A DNA stretch of 64,000 nucleotides, from assembly GCA_043228905.1 (NCBI GenBank), contig JBHGNT010000013.1, positions 13,826,001 through 13,890,000 of the forward strand, written 5' to 3'. The position numbers and the translations under genes are program-made. Positions 29,459 through 43,185 of this stretch are shown here, in pieces. The stretch's first letter is position 1, and the number at the start of each line of letters is the position of its first letter. Source of the DNA: Azolla caroliniana. Taxonomy: Eukaryota > Plantae > Polypodiophyta. The notes under the pieces were generated by a model, which was not told where the DNA came from, did not search any database, and worked only from the letters and a program-made list of their open reading frames with translations.

Positions 29459-32400
29459 TCAATATCGCTTTATAATTTGTAATAGAAGTTGGGCTGCAGA
29501 ATCTTTTGCTTTTTTTACACTAGGCATTGGCTCACCTACGCATTCATCAGTCCAGCCCTTTTCAGTAGTATGGATTTTTACAGAGTAAGTGAATCTTTTG
29601 GCATGAGCAGGACCCCCTTCACTGACACACCTTACAGAAGAAGAAATTGTCAGAATGCATGGTTTACAATATGTAAGAACATGATACAATTTAACAGAAC
29701 CAAATTCTATAAACGTACGTAACAGTAATGAGATGCAAGATTTACAATTCACAATTTAACAGATCCAAAATTTACAAACATCTGGGAAGTTCCACATAGA
29801 ATGGCATTCATATTTTGCATATATATGCTTACCTGTAATGTGGCATGGGCCACTGCTTTTTCAAACACGTATCATTCAACACCTGCCTTGTAAATATCTG
29901 GTTTGCCTTTTTTTTGGAATCTTCAGCCTCACCTGCTGCCTCAGCAGCTTCTTTTTGATCTGCCTCTTTTTCCTTCAATTTCACTAAAGCATTACGTGCA
30001 GCGAGCTTTTGAGCCATTTTTTTCTGCGGGTTTAGGGCAAGACCCACCTGTACACCATCAATAAAGACTTCCACAGTAGCCATATTGCCTGCCCTTGAAG
30101 ATTTATACTCCAGACCTTCAGCTTGCTGTTGACACCTTTCTTGGAGTTCTCGCACTGGATGCATCGGAAGAGTATCGGGTGTTACCATTGGTTGCAATAG
30201 TGGTTCAAAAACCTGTCAAAAATTAAAGATCCTTAAAAGAAATAAAACAGAGCTGTTACAAAATGCCAAAATGACCTTCAAAACGAAAGTTACCCCAACA
30301 TTCTATTAACTGAGAAATAAAAAATGACAAACCTGCCATATGTCATCTGCGCATAAACCATTGTCAAGGAAAATTGCCCCTGCAATAGATTCCACAATAT
30401 CTCCAAGAACTTTAGGAGCCTTGAAATCTCCCAACCCAAAAGAGTTCACTCCAGGTTTATCCAACTCTAATGTTATATCTTTGACAAAATCATGAATCTG
30501 CAAAAAGTTCTCAATACTCAATACATGACAGAAAAGTGCACCACTTATTACATTTCGATCTTTACTCACCTGTCTCTCTAAAGCTGAGGATCCATGACGC
30601 AAATGCTTATGCAATCCATGTTTTACGGCAACACGAGCAAAATTTTCGTTATTGACTGCAGCAGCTCTAAGATCAGTCAATCGGCCTGGTGGAAGGTCAG
30701 TATAGGAGAAGAAAAGATGTCTTGTTATTAGGTGGTCTAACACAGCATCACCAACAAATTCAAGCCGCTGATAGCATGGCACACCAGAAGCAGGACGAGA
30801 GGCATGCGTTATTGCCTCAACAAGAAGGCTTCTTTCTCTGAACCTATAAGCTATAGATTTCTCAAGCTTATCAAACTCTATACTTCTAAGGACACTGTCT
30901 GGGACAATGCAGCCAGCTCTGGCCTTTGCTCCATCTTCCACATCATAACTGGAGGGGATACCAATCCAATTCATTAAATGACTTGCACCATTTGGACCAC
31001 CCTCAACATAATACACCCCAATCAAAGCTTCAACCACATCAGCTAGAGTCTTGCTAGAAAGAACTCTATAAGAGCTCATATCTCCCTCAATCTCACCATC
31101 TTCGATGACAGATGACATGTCAAAGTCATCATCCACATCATCAATTTTGGTATCTTTTGTGACATTTTCTGCCCCAAACAAAGGGTCTTCATCCTTCGTA
31201 TCCTCAGTAAAAACAGGTGGCACTCCTGGAGCTGTCCATCGACATGGTGCAAAACGGTCTGCCTGAATGTATGCTTGCAACCCTTTTTGAAGGGCTTTCT
31301 GATAAAGCACCATATTGCTGACATTTTGCTGCCTCATACGTGTCAACTGTCCTTCATGTTTTTGAGGGAAACGCAAGAAGAGCCAACGACTCACAACCCA
31401 CTTCAAATATGCATCTCCAAGAAGCTCTGCACGCTCATAGCAAAATGTCTCTTGACAAGAAGCAGCAGTCAATGCCTCCAAAACCTAGAATAAACCCATG
31501 CCAAACATAAACAAGATGGGCAAGTTTTTCTACATTTGGAAATAAAAAACTTTAATGTAAGATAGGCATAAGTGAAGGAGTTCAGAAACAATAAATTTTA
31601 AGTGAAACAAAAAACTTTGATGAAAGATAGGCAGAAGTAAATAATTCAGAAACGATTACTTTTACTGCAGAAATGTTATAGCCAATCTCATGCTTGAGTT
31701 GGATTGCCAGTAGCATGCTTTCTACCCTTCTCATAATTGAAGGTAGACATTGTGCAGATCTAACCAATGGGCCTGGTAGAGGATGTACTACACACAACTC
31801 TGGAGGAAGCATCACGTAATATGTTTTGTCTTGCCCTTCTTCAGTGTTATTTGCTGCATTTTTTCAGAATCATGCAACAAAAAGAAAACCCTTTTATTAC
31901 CAAGAAAATACAAAATAAAACTCTCAATGTTGCGAATATGTGAATTATATTCAATTTCTGGATACCTTCTACAGTTTCAAAACGAGGTGAAAGAAGATTT
32001 TTGCAGTGCGAAACTCCCCTCCCTCTAATCAACGGTTGTTTTTTGCACCTCAGGTCTCTTCCATACCTATGAAAGCTACAGTTTAGAGGATGGTGATAAA
32101 GAAGAACCCCAAGCATTAAATTCGATACCAAGTGTTCATACTTCTGTTTATAATAATCTGCATAAGAGCTGTACTCTACTGGACCAAGATACCCCTCTTT
32201 CTTTGGAAAGGAGCTTTCTGCATTTAGGTCAAAGCATATTGAATCTACAAAAAATCTTTTACCAGAATGAGCTGCTGTGAGGATGACACCTTTTAGCATA
32301 CTTATATCATGAAACCCATCTGCCATCAGTAACATGCCTTCCTTTGGAACAATTTCACTCTGTTCGTCAATTATATCATTTGAAGAAAGAAGACCTGATG

Positions 32401-35400
32401 CTTTGACTATGTCAAAGTTGGCCACCGCTCCTCTCTTTCCATAGGTTGGATGTGGGACCTTCTGTCCAACAGTCAAGTTCAGCCGAAGCTTGGCAAATGC
32501 ATACTCTCTCCGATCTCCACCTAGGGCACGCTCATCCGTTCCCAAATAAACATCGGGACGAGCACGTTGTAGTGGATTATTCCATGATATATCATTTGTA
32601 ATTGATTCAATAAGGGGCCAGTTGATCACCGACTGAGAAGTTTGTGATTCAGTTGTCAGAGGAACAAATAGGTAAGCCTTTGAAGGATCCCAGGGTGTTG
32701 TATCAGGTTCAACGTCAACATCCAAAACAATGCTCATTAGGCGAACATGAAAACTTTTGATTGAATCCAGCTGCAAGGGAAAATATTCTCTTTATCTCCT
32801 TCTCAAGAAAGGAGAATCTATAGTATTATGACAAACACACAAAGATCCCAATGCACTGGAAATTGCGCAAATTCAATGGGGTTGAGTGACATCTTTCCTA
32901 CACATTGTAAAACATGAAGTTTACTGCTATTTCCTCAAAGGATAACAAGGATACCTTCTTCCGAAAACGGCAGTTTACCTGATCAATGGATAAATTTAAT
33001 TGACAACAATATTCAATTGACGTTTTCGTGGTTATGGTGCGAGCTACAAACAAATCCATAGTCATTGTCAAAACCTGCATTAAATGAAGAGGTTGTAAGA
33101 TAGAATATCTGGTCTAATATACTTGATACTTGAATTTATCCATATTCACACCTCTGGGTCTAGCTCAGTGCCAAGAAGTACTGAGAAAACGGAATTTTCT
33201 GTGATAACAGAATCTTTTGACGAGCTTATGTCTTGGCATTTGATTTTGTACATATGTAGGCAAACATTTGATTGTGCTGATTCTTTTCTTGTGAGAATCC
33301 AATCACCCTGAAAAAGGAAATTTCATCATTCTCATGAGCACAAAAAGCATGCAAATATAGTTCGGCTATTCTTCATGTTTTAAGCAAACTACTGAAGAAT
33401 GATGAAGACAGACTACATACTGTGGGCATGTTCTATGCTCTTTGCTAGAGAACTTAATGTTGAACTTGATTTATTGATCATAGTATTATTTACCTTTAGT
33501 ACATCTGCAATTCCCTCTGGATAAAATTCTCTATGACGGGCTGTTCCAGGAATAGGTTCCCCTTCTTCAGCATTTTCTGGCTTTTCATCATCTTCAAGAC
33601 TTCCTGTATCAGGAAGAAGAAAATCTGTAATAGCTCCCATTTCATGAAGTTTTTTGCAGGCTTCAAGACAGACATACTGGATTAATGAAACAGAAAAATG
33701 ATTAGAAATATCATGAGCAATCAAAACAATAAAAACATTAACGAAATAACAGGGGATTCCAACAGCACAAGATGGCCAAACAATATAGGTACCTGTTGTG
33801 CTACCCGCATAGAGCTGCATAGTGGACCTTCAATCTTCTCGAAAGGGGCATTACAAGGAAGCTGCAACACACAAGAATATTCAACCTGTCCAGCATCTTT
33901 CTCATGCTTTTTCAGCCAAAATTCAGGCCCTAGAATAGAATATCTGCATACAGAAAAGTCAGTAAGAAAAGGTAGAACTATGATTCTCATTACTAGGACA
34001 TGTGTTTAAATACCAACAATGAATATCAAACCTGTCACTTGGAAGTTGAGAACAATAGAAATGAACTAGTCCCACAGCAGAGTTAAGGCTCACAACAGCC
34101 CCAGTTCCTTCAACTTGATAAACTGTCCCCGATGCCAGTTCAGCAGAAAGCAACTTTGAAGAGCCTTTCAAATGACTCAAATCTGACCTCTCAATGGCTT
34201 CCTTTCTGAGTGTTTCTTCGCTGTTTCTTGCATTTCGCAAGAATGCTTGATGAGTCAAGTTTTCTCTGAGAAGAGGATTAAACAATCAGGATTAAATCAA
34301 AATTGGAAGTATTACAAAGCAAAACACTAAACACCGTAGTGAATCATTACTTCTCAACCATCAATATATAATCCGATCCAGGTTTGCGTGCACGACCACG
34401 TGACTGTATGTATGCCAGAACCGTTTTAGCAAGATCAAAACGAATAACAACATTGCATTGTCGTATATCCAAACCCTCCTCAGCAACACTTGTTGCAACC
34501 AGCAAAGTCACCTAGTGACAATGACTTGTTGGTAAATTTAAAGGGATGAAAAGTCAAAAAGGTGTATGAACATGAGAATATGCATGATTATGTAGAAGAA
34601 TCTCAACATACTCTGCCATCCTTGAACTTTGTGATGGTTTCTTGCATTTGACGTGTGCGCATGTCTTGGTTATTATTATGTCCAATCAAGCTTGCACACC
34701 GTACAAAGTTAAGAGACGGAAGTTCTGCAAAAACCTTTTCACAAAAGGAAAACGTTGTCTTGTAAGTTCCTTGAGAACAGAAAAAAGAGAACAAGCCCGA
34801 TGTTTAGATGTAAACCTTCGGAAGAACTAATGCTGCCACCACACGCTCCACAAATATGATTGCACGGAAGTCTTCAGTATGCTGGTATCTCAATAGAATT
34901 TTAATTAAAGACTGAACCTTAGGAGTAACTTTCCCATCAGCAACAGCTGCCCCTAGTACCTCATCAACATGCTCACCGCCAGAAACAACTGACAATAACA
35001 TACCAGAAGTTAACATATTCTGAAATTATGGCTTCAATTTTCTAAGCATTATACATTCAACATCATCATTTACAGAGTAAAAAACTAGAGTATAGCCAGA
35101 ATATCATACATAGGATCCAGAAATTTATGCTTCTTATGAAACATAACCATATATGTATGCTTTAGTTAAATAAACTCTATATTCTATGTCCATAACATTA
35201 ATACAATAGAACAGAGAAATAATAAGAATTTTTCACAAAGTGGAAAGACACAACATGTTTCTGTTAAATTTACTTTTCTAGTACGAACGTTAACAGTTGT
35301 ATAGAGAGTCTCTCACAAACAACCATATTATTTATGTGTGCATATACATATACATATGTATGTAGCATACATATTATATATAGAAAGCGTCCTATGAGGC

Positions 35401-38186
35401 AAATGATAAGAACAAATGTCAGTGTTGTCTGAATGGAAGGAAATCTTGAGTGAGATGGAGACATGGCTAGATGAATGGATACATGATATATCACTGCAGA
35501 AGGAAAGAGCAGCAAAAGATATATTAACTTCTATAGGACCATAATGGCCAATGTGATCTAACAAAAATAACAGGAATAGTCATAACGAATACCAGATTAC
35601 AATAGACAGAGGGTCTTCAAAATCTTTAGCACATGATATGCCTATTTCAAGACCTTGAGTAGAATCTAAATTCAAAACTGGGTTATTATTGTTTATACAA
35701 ACAATTTCATCAAAACAATACCTTGAGTGTCAGGCAATTCTCCCTCTTCCATCTCCATTGCTTCCCCTTCTTCTCTACAAACAGATCTCATGGTCTCTTC
35801 ATCAGAGCCTTTGGAAGAAAGAACTGCTCCCTCTGTAAGGTTACATTTTAAGAGGACCACCAATTTTTCTAGATACGATTCTTGAAATTTGACATCCAAT
35901 TGGCGATTTGCACGCTCATCATTTTGGAGAGCAGTTAGAAAGGATAATGTGACCTAGAAAGATACAAAACTTAATAAAGCATAGCACGAACAAAATTTGA
36001 AAGAAAAGACTTATAAGTCAGTCAAATCTGTACCTTGTAAGCACACCATTGACCTAGTTCCTCAAGTGCATAACATATAGCTCTCAACTTTTGAATAAGA
36101 TTTGCAGCACCATCATTTTCGGTCCTTTCAGAGACACCATAGATAAGATGTAGCTCCTCTTTTGATCCAGCATCACGAGCACCCATAAATTTCCATTTAC
36201 TTCTTTTGGAACTAGAGGCTGCCACTTCTTCAATGGTAGTTTCCATCTGTTTTATCTGCTCCCACAAGGATACAAGCAATGCAGCCTTATCATATATAAC
36301 AACAGTTTCAAGTGGCATTGGAACATACTTTTCAAGCTCCTTTCTATCTTTGATGGTGCAAACAATTGAGTCAAGTTTGGTTTCCAGATTTCTAATTTTT
36401 ATTGCACAGTCTTCTTGATTGGACACACCTGAAAATAATATGCCCTGAAAAGCTTAAAAAAGGTCGAGAATTGTCCTGCAGTTGGAAATAACAATATATG
36501 CATGGCACAATTTTTTGCATGTTGTAGCAAAGATTACTAGGAGTACTTAACAAGTTATTAGAAATTATTCGGAGAAATACTAGACCTTTATTAAAAAACA
36601 AATTTTACCTTTCAAATTCACGGGCGATGCAGTCATTCCAAACACAGCGGGTCTCTTATCTTTGGGAGTGGTATGATAAAATTCAGACATTACCAAAGAA
36701 TAAGGATGCTTCTTTACAGCATGGTGACATTCATCCAAAATAAGTAAATGTATAGAATCCATCTTTACAATACTGTGTCGCAGGATATTTAAAAGAATCT
36801 GTGCAGTCATGACAAGGACCTACATAAACAGAAAAAAGTAAATATCAGTTTGTATTATTATACATTGACAGTATTGATTCATGTACCAATCTTACGTCTT
36901 TGGTTTCAAACTCACGATGCCATCTTCGTGCATCCCAAAAGTCCTGTCCCATTTCTCCACAGTAATGGCCAACAAGAAAATCAGTTGTTTCACGAATTAC
37001 TTCTGCTTGCTACATTCAGGAAACAGAAAATATTAGAATAAGAACGTAGATGTTTTGAGTCATAATTTACATTCCCAAAGAAAACATTTAATAACTCCCA
37101 TCATTGTTCCAAAACAATTCTTGTGCTACATATAGATCTATTTTGACAAATTCATATGGTTTATATAATGTTTGTCAAGATAAATAAGCTAAATACAGTA
37201 GATATGCATAGTATGCTAAACATTGTAATCTTCATCTATCCAGAACTAATCTGCGACTCAAAAAGATATTCACATTTTAGTGCACTTATCAAGATTACAT
37301 GGAATACCTGATAAACTAATGGAACTTTGGGAACTAGGAAAACTGCCAACATTTTTTTTTTCTGTTCCTTCATTGTTGTGTGCTTGCTTTGCATCAATAG
37401 AACAGCAATTAAGGTTTTCCCTGCACCGGTTTCCAAGAATGCTATTGTGTTTTTTGTCTTTGCTTGTTCAAGAACTTCAAGCTGATATTTCCGAGCTTGC
37501 TGCTCCGTTGACTTTCCTTTGGCTTGATTTGAAGGTTCGTCGACATTCTGTTGTTGAGATCCTTCTATTTCCTTCCTTTGTATCTCTCTTTCTCTTTCAA
37601 TGTCTCGAAATCCTCGTTTATATACTATACTACCGTTTTTATCTCTTTGAATATACATTCTTTCTTGGTCTCTTTCCCAGCAGCTCTCTCTTTTTCTTCT
37701 GCGTTCAATGTGCCTTCTTTCACAAGCACCATGCCGCCTTGTGGATGATCCTCTAAACCTCCCATCCCTTTCACTTCCCCTCCACCATTTGTACCCTTTT
37801 TGTTTATCTGAAATCCTATCCATTGATCTTGACCTTGATCTTGACCTGGACCTAGACCTGGACCTGGACCTGGACCTGGACCTGGAACTCACAAGGGACA
37901 TATTCAGCCTTTGTCTTCTTTCATCTCTTTCAATATGCCCAATATGCCCATCATTCATTGATTCATCCCTTCCTCTCTTCCTTACATGCAATCCATGACT
38001 TGGCTTTTCTTTTGATTCTCCTCTAGGTGGACTCACTTTACATTGCGTTTTTGAATCATATGTACTGTCAATGTCCAAATAAGTGATTTCAGATTTGTTT
38101 GCTTGTCTGGAATCAAACAGAACTTCTCTCAAGTTGACCTCTATACATTGTGCATTTCCTTCAACATGCATCACCACATTTTCCAT
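29459..38186 (-). CDS. DCL1: Endoribonuclease Dicer-like 1, about 1887 aa
   Basis: 20 GT-AG exons: 38186-37308, 37009-36896, 36819-36609, 36428-36034, 35953-35722, 34988-34816, 34734-34612, 34511-34351, 34265-34032, 33943-33793, 33676-33494, 33307-33152, 33074-32979, 32770-32142, 32066-31966, 31853-31660, 31484-30570, 30497-30333, 30212-29833, 29630-29459 (5664 nt). Helicase ETGAGKT and DECHH, DUF283, PAZ, RNase IIIa [12 protein letters not shown], RNase IIIb [12 protein letters not shown] and two dsRBDs. The start codon is less certain than the rest; an in-frame TAG lies 12 codons upstream. Confidence 0.95.
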
Positions 38187-38839
38187 TTCCTTACAAAATC
38201 TTTCTGTAGCCTTTTCGATCTATCAGAAATTAATCCAGCAGAAGAATCTCCAATTCTATCACAACATGTGATGTTTTTGTCTTTTTCATTCAGAAACGGA
38301 GCTTCAAAGGTAGAAAATGCATTTGCAACTTGAATAATTTTTCAGCAGCAGCAGCAGCTATAAATAAGAGATGAATCTGCAAATAAAATGTGATTACATT
38401 CTCTTTCAAATCAGTAGTACATCCATAGAATTACAACATAGTTGATTTTCTGCTTTATTTTACCAGACATTGTCTAAGATTCACAGCATACAGTATTTGC
38501 TCATATAGGTCACTTTGGCCTTTGGAAGATCATAAATGTTAGTATAGCATTTTGTTCAATTTCATTTCTTTCCGTCTCACATAGCAAACAAAGCGTAATT
38601 GACAGATCCACATGTTATCACATTGCACTGAATAGAGACTTCGAGATATAAAGGGATGGAACCAAATGAGCAATTTTTGAAATGCAACAATCATTAATAA
38701 AACCATTTGAGATCTCCTGCATGTGATGGCAGTTAAGCGTTAATCATGGATACAAGCACCTTGTGAAAAGTTGCTAGAAGTGTTATTGTTGGAGGCTGAC
38801 AGCCCCAAAACTAATCTCTCCCTTTTACAGAAACACACG

Positions 38840-40103
38840 AGAGAGAGACAATGTGCACATTTGCAGTTCCACGAGCCACGAACGAAGTTGTGGTTATTTG
38901 ATACACTTGTCACACCAACTCTTCTCTATGAAGTAGAAACACGGGGACCGAGTCTTAAAAAGGTGAATCATTGGAAAGATTTAGAGAGACCACTAGTGTC
39001 AATGATTGCCCTCATGATAAGGGCCAAAGCATCGGTGCCCCATGATATAATCCGGATAGAGATGGGAGCAGCACCTATAATCACTGAGGCATTGTTCCGA
39101 TCAATGACATGTATCCAACATCTTTGGGAGCTCCCGAAACAAAGATACCCAAGATGGGCACTTATGTCATCAAGACAACTCGCTGAAAATAGAGACATTC
39201 ATTGTTGGTATGCTGAAATGCAGCAATGGTTCAAGTCACATGGCATGAGTATAAATGCACTACCCCCATTCCAATATAGCTTGGACTCTCCCCAACTAAA
39301 TATGGCCAAAGTGGAAAAGAATAGAGTGATTCGAACTGATATTATTAACTTGGAAAACAAGATAACATAGATCAGCCCCGAAATTTAACTTGGTACGAAG
39401 ATGACCCACAACAAGACACACTTCTTACACACATAAGAGGATGGATTCATACATCTATCCTATACACTGCGCATTGTGATAGGGCAGCTGTGAACTTAGC
39501 TAGAGACTGAGGTAGGCAGATATACACGAATACCTCTAAAACAAAGAAATTGCCAATTGTGTCATCAAGTAGTGGAATCCGAAGAACACTATGTTTGTCA
39601 CTGTAGTGTCTTTTATGAAACCAGAGGGAGATACCATTGCCTCTTAAAGCAAGGTTTTGGCCCGCTACGCAAGGTAATGGAATATGAGAACCAACGGTGC
39701 CAAGGACTTTTCTTGCTAGAGCTCAAGAGACATCGGGAAAAGTTGTTGAAGAATACAGCCACACAAGCTCATCCACAAAGAACAATCACAACTTTCTTTA
39801 GCCCCATCACTCGTAATGCTACAAGCCAATCAAGCGATACACAAATGGGCTCCCAACCTGGATATAACAAAAGGGTTACAATTGATCGGGCAATAGCAAT
39901 TTGTCGTGCACGTAGGTCCCAGCCCCATGGACCACAACCTCAACACCCTTGTCATTGACAAATAAAAGCCATTATCTCCCGCCATCGCAGGTGCTTGCCC
40001 CACTTCGGAGACCTTTCCATTCTAGACCAACCTATGCTAGAGATCTTTTGAAGACAAAAGTTACAATATATCTAACTTGAGAATCAAACATAAAAGACGT
40101 TAA

Positions 40104-40144
<41 letters not shown>
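38840..40144 (+). mobile_element. RTE-X-like LINE, 5'-truncated copy A, ending in (TC)n
   Basis: Collinear homology to 41695-42970 (ERQCAHLQF...CHQVVESEEHYVCHC). Ends TAAAAGACGTTAATAT(CT)n. Confidence 0.85.
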
Positions 40145-40145
<1 letters not shown>

Positions 40146-40635
40146 ACCCCATCACTCCTAATGCTAGAAGTCAACCCCAAGATACACAAATGGGCTTCAG
40201 ACCAGGACATAACAAAGGGGTTACAATTGATCGAGCAATAGCAATTTGCCGTGCACGTAGGCCTCGGCCCCATGGACCACAACCTCGACACCCTTGTCAT
40301 CGACAAATAAAAGCCATTATCTCCCGCCATCGTAGGTGCTTCCCTCACTTCAGAGACATTTCCATTCTGGATCGACCTATGCTAGAGATCTTTTGAAGAC
40401 AAAAGCTACAATATACCTAACTTGAGGATCTCACATGTGCCAAAAACCAGATTCCCTCATTTCTTTTCTTTTCATGTTATTTACTTTTATATTTACTTTG
40501 CAATATTTATTTTATTTTGATTTGTTCTCAAAGACGAGACAACACTTAAGATGTAATCTCTTATTTGGTCTTATAGACCATTTTGGCCTCTTAAAAGACG
40601 TTAATATATCTTTCTTTCTTTCTTTCTCTCTCTCC
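40145..40635 (+). mobile_element. RTE-X-like LINE 3' fragment, copy B
   Basis: Starts immediately after the (TC)n tail of copy A and matches 42685-43170. Ends TTAATATATCTTTCTTTCTTTCTTTCTCTC. Confidence 0.85.
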
Positions 40636-40679
40636 GAAGACGATAATATAATCTATCTATCTATCTATCTATCTATCTC

Positions 40680-43185
40680 CAGCCCAAGTGGCACACCTCA
40701 AAGAAAACATGCCACGAGTGCTTGATGCAAGAAAGGAAGGTAAATAGGCCATATATAGAGACGGCAAGGTCATTATTACAAAGAAGAGAACCGCATGACA
40801 ATATATGGCCTATGAGACCCTACGCATGACCATATGGAATTGCAAGGGCTCCCTACAAACAGATGTCGGATATTTTGAAGATACATTGAAAAACACAGAT
40901 ATTGCTATGTATACAGAGACTCACCAATGCATGGCTAGCAAACTCCCCGAGGTACAAGGATATAGATGGGAGTCAATATGTCGCCCCCAAACTCGGACAC
41001 GAGGAAGCACTAGAGGTTCAGGAGGAGTGGTTGTGCTATACAAAGAGGAGCTCCATGGTAGAGTGCATGTTGTCCATAAGGATGTAGATGCACACTACAT
41101 GTGGATACGAATAAAAGGAGGGGATCTTAGGGAGTTATATATTGCAATTTGCTACTTTCCACCTGCCTACTCAAGGTTTGCACCTCTAGGTGAATCACCA
41201 TATCTACCACTATATAATGATATCATAAGATTTGCTACTATGGGGGACATAATACTATTAGGAGATTTTAATGCACGAACCAAGGATGAACAAACAACTA
41301 TGTTTAACACCAACAAGGCTGTTTATGGAGAAGTTATAGCGGAAAAGGTTGGTCTAAAGCGACAAGCTCAAGATATGAGTGCTAGAACTGAATATGGAAA
41401 ACACTTTCTAGCCTTGGGAAGCGCGCATGGATTTGTGATATATAATGGCTTGTCACGATGGCTTGTACGGACAAAGGTTTGTCAATCAACATGAACTAAA
41501 ACTAAAGTGATGGTCTTTAACACCACCCAAGCATGGGTAAAAAGATCAGAACCAGAATTCTTCTTGGGAGAGGAAAAGGTGGAATACACACACTCCTACA
41601 CATACCTAGGAGTAACATTTACAGGACCTAGGTTCTCCTTACAGGAGGCCACTTGTGCCCAACTTTCTCGTGCATATGCAGCCCTTGGTGCTCTCGAGAG
41701 ACAATGTGCACATTTGCAGTTCCAAGAGCCACGAACTAAGCTATGGTTATTTGATACACTTGTCACACCAACTCTTCTCTATGGAGTAGAGACATGGGGA
41801 CCAAGTCTTAACAAGGCAAATCATTGGAAAGATTTAGAGAGACCTTTAGTGTCAATGATTGCTCGCATGATAAGGAGCAAAGCATCGGTGCCCCACAATA
41901 TAATCCGGGCAGAGATGGGAGCAGCACCTATAATAACCGAGGCGTTGTTCCGATCAGTGACATTTATCCAACATCTTTGGGAGCTCCCTAAACGAAGGTA
42001 CCCAAGGTTGGCACTTATGTCATCAAAACAACTGGCTGAAAATGGAGACACTCATTGTTGGTATGCTGAAATGCAGCAATGGTTCGAGTCATATGGTATG
42101 AGTATAAATGCCCTACCCCCATTCCAATATAGCTTGGATTGTCCCCATCTAAATATGATCAAAGTGGAAAAGAATAGAGTGATCCGAACTGATATTATTA
42201 ACTTAGAAAACAAGATAACATGGATCAGCCCCAAAACACCACTTCATACAAAGATGGCCAACTATAAGACACACTTCTTACATAAATCGGAGGATGGATT
42301 TGTCATCAGGCCACCTTATATAGACATACATCTATCCTATGCACTATGTAGTGTGATAGGGCAGCTGCGAACTTCATCACATCAGCTACAGATTGAGGTG
42401 GGCAGATATACACGACTACCTCTAGAAGAGAGAATTTGCCAATTGTGTCATCAAGGAGTGGAATCCGAAGACCACTATGTTTGTCATTGTAGTGTCTTTT
42501 ATGAAATAAGAGGGAGATACCATTGCCTCTTTAAACAAGGCTTTGGCCCACTACGCAAGGTAATGGAATATGAGGACCAAAGATGCCTAGGACTTTTCTT
42601 GCTTGAGCTCAAGAGACATCGGGACAAGTTGTTGAAGAATACAGCTACACAAGCTCATCCACAAAGAACAATCACAACTTTCTTTAGCTCCGTCACTCCT
42701 AATGCTAGAAGTCAACCCCAGGATACAGAAATGGGATCCAGACCAGGATGTAACAAAGGGGTTACGATTGATCGGGCAATGGCAATTTGTCGTGCACGTA
42801 GGTCCCAGCCCCATGGACCACGACCTCGACACCCTTGTCATCAACAAATAAAAGCCATTATCTCCCGCCATCGTAGGTGCTTCCCTCGCTTTGGAGACAT
42901 TTCTATTCTGGATCGACCTATGATAGAGATCTTTCGGAGACAAAAACTACAATATACCTAACTTGAGAATCTCGCATGTGCCAAAAACCAGATTCTCTCG
43001 TCTCTTTTCTTTTCATCTTATTTACTTTTATATTTACTGTGTAATATTTACTTTATTTTGATTTGTTCTCAAAGACGAGAAAACATTTAAGATGTAATCT
43101 CTTATTCAGTCTTATAGGCCATTTTGGCCTCTTAAAAGATGTTAATATATCTTTCTTTCTTTCTTTCTCTCTCTCTCTCTCTCTC
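40680..43185 (+). mobile_element. RTE-X-like LINE, copy C: ORF1 C-terminus, APE endonuclease, RT core deleted, intact C-terminal region with CCHC motif, 3' UTR and microsatellite tail
   Basis: ORF1 end AQVAHLKENMPRVLDARKEGK*AIYRDGKVII (40682-40798). EN: IWNCKG, YTETH, GSGGVVVL, CYFPP, LLGDFNART (40805-41460). Then KTKVM, YTYLGV and RTSSHQLQIEVGRY...CQLCHQGVESEDHYVCHC (41507-42961). Confidence 0.9.

Noticed and set aside
35555-35700. Candidate intronic miRNA hairpin in DCL1 coding intron 5 (GGTCTT...AAGACC)
   Set aside because: By eye the stem is short and heavily mismatched on the sense strand; it cannot be supported without folding and sRNA data.
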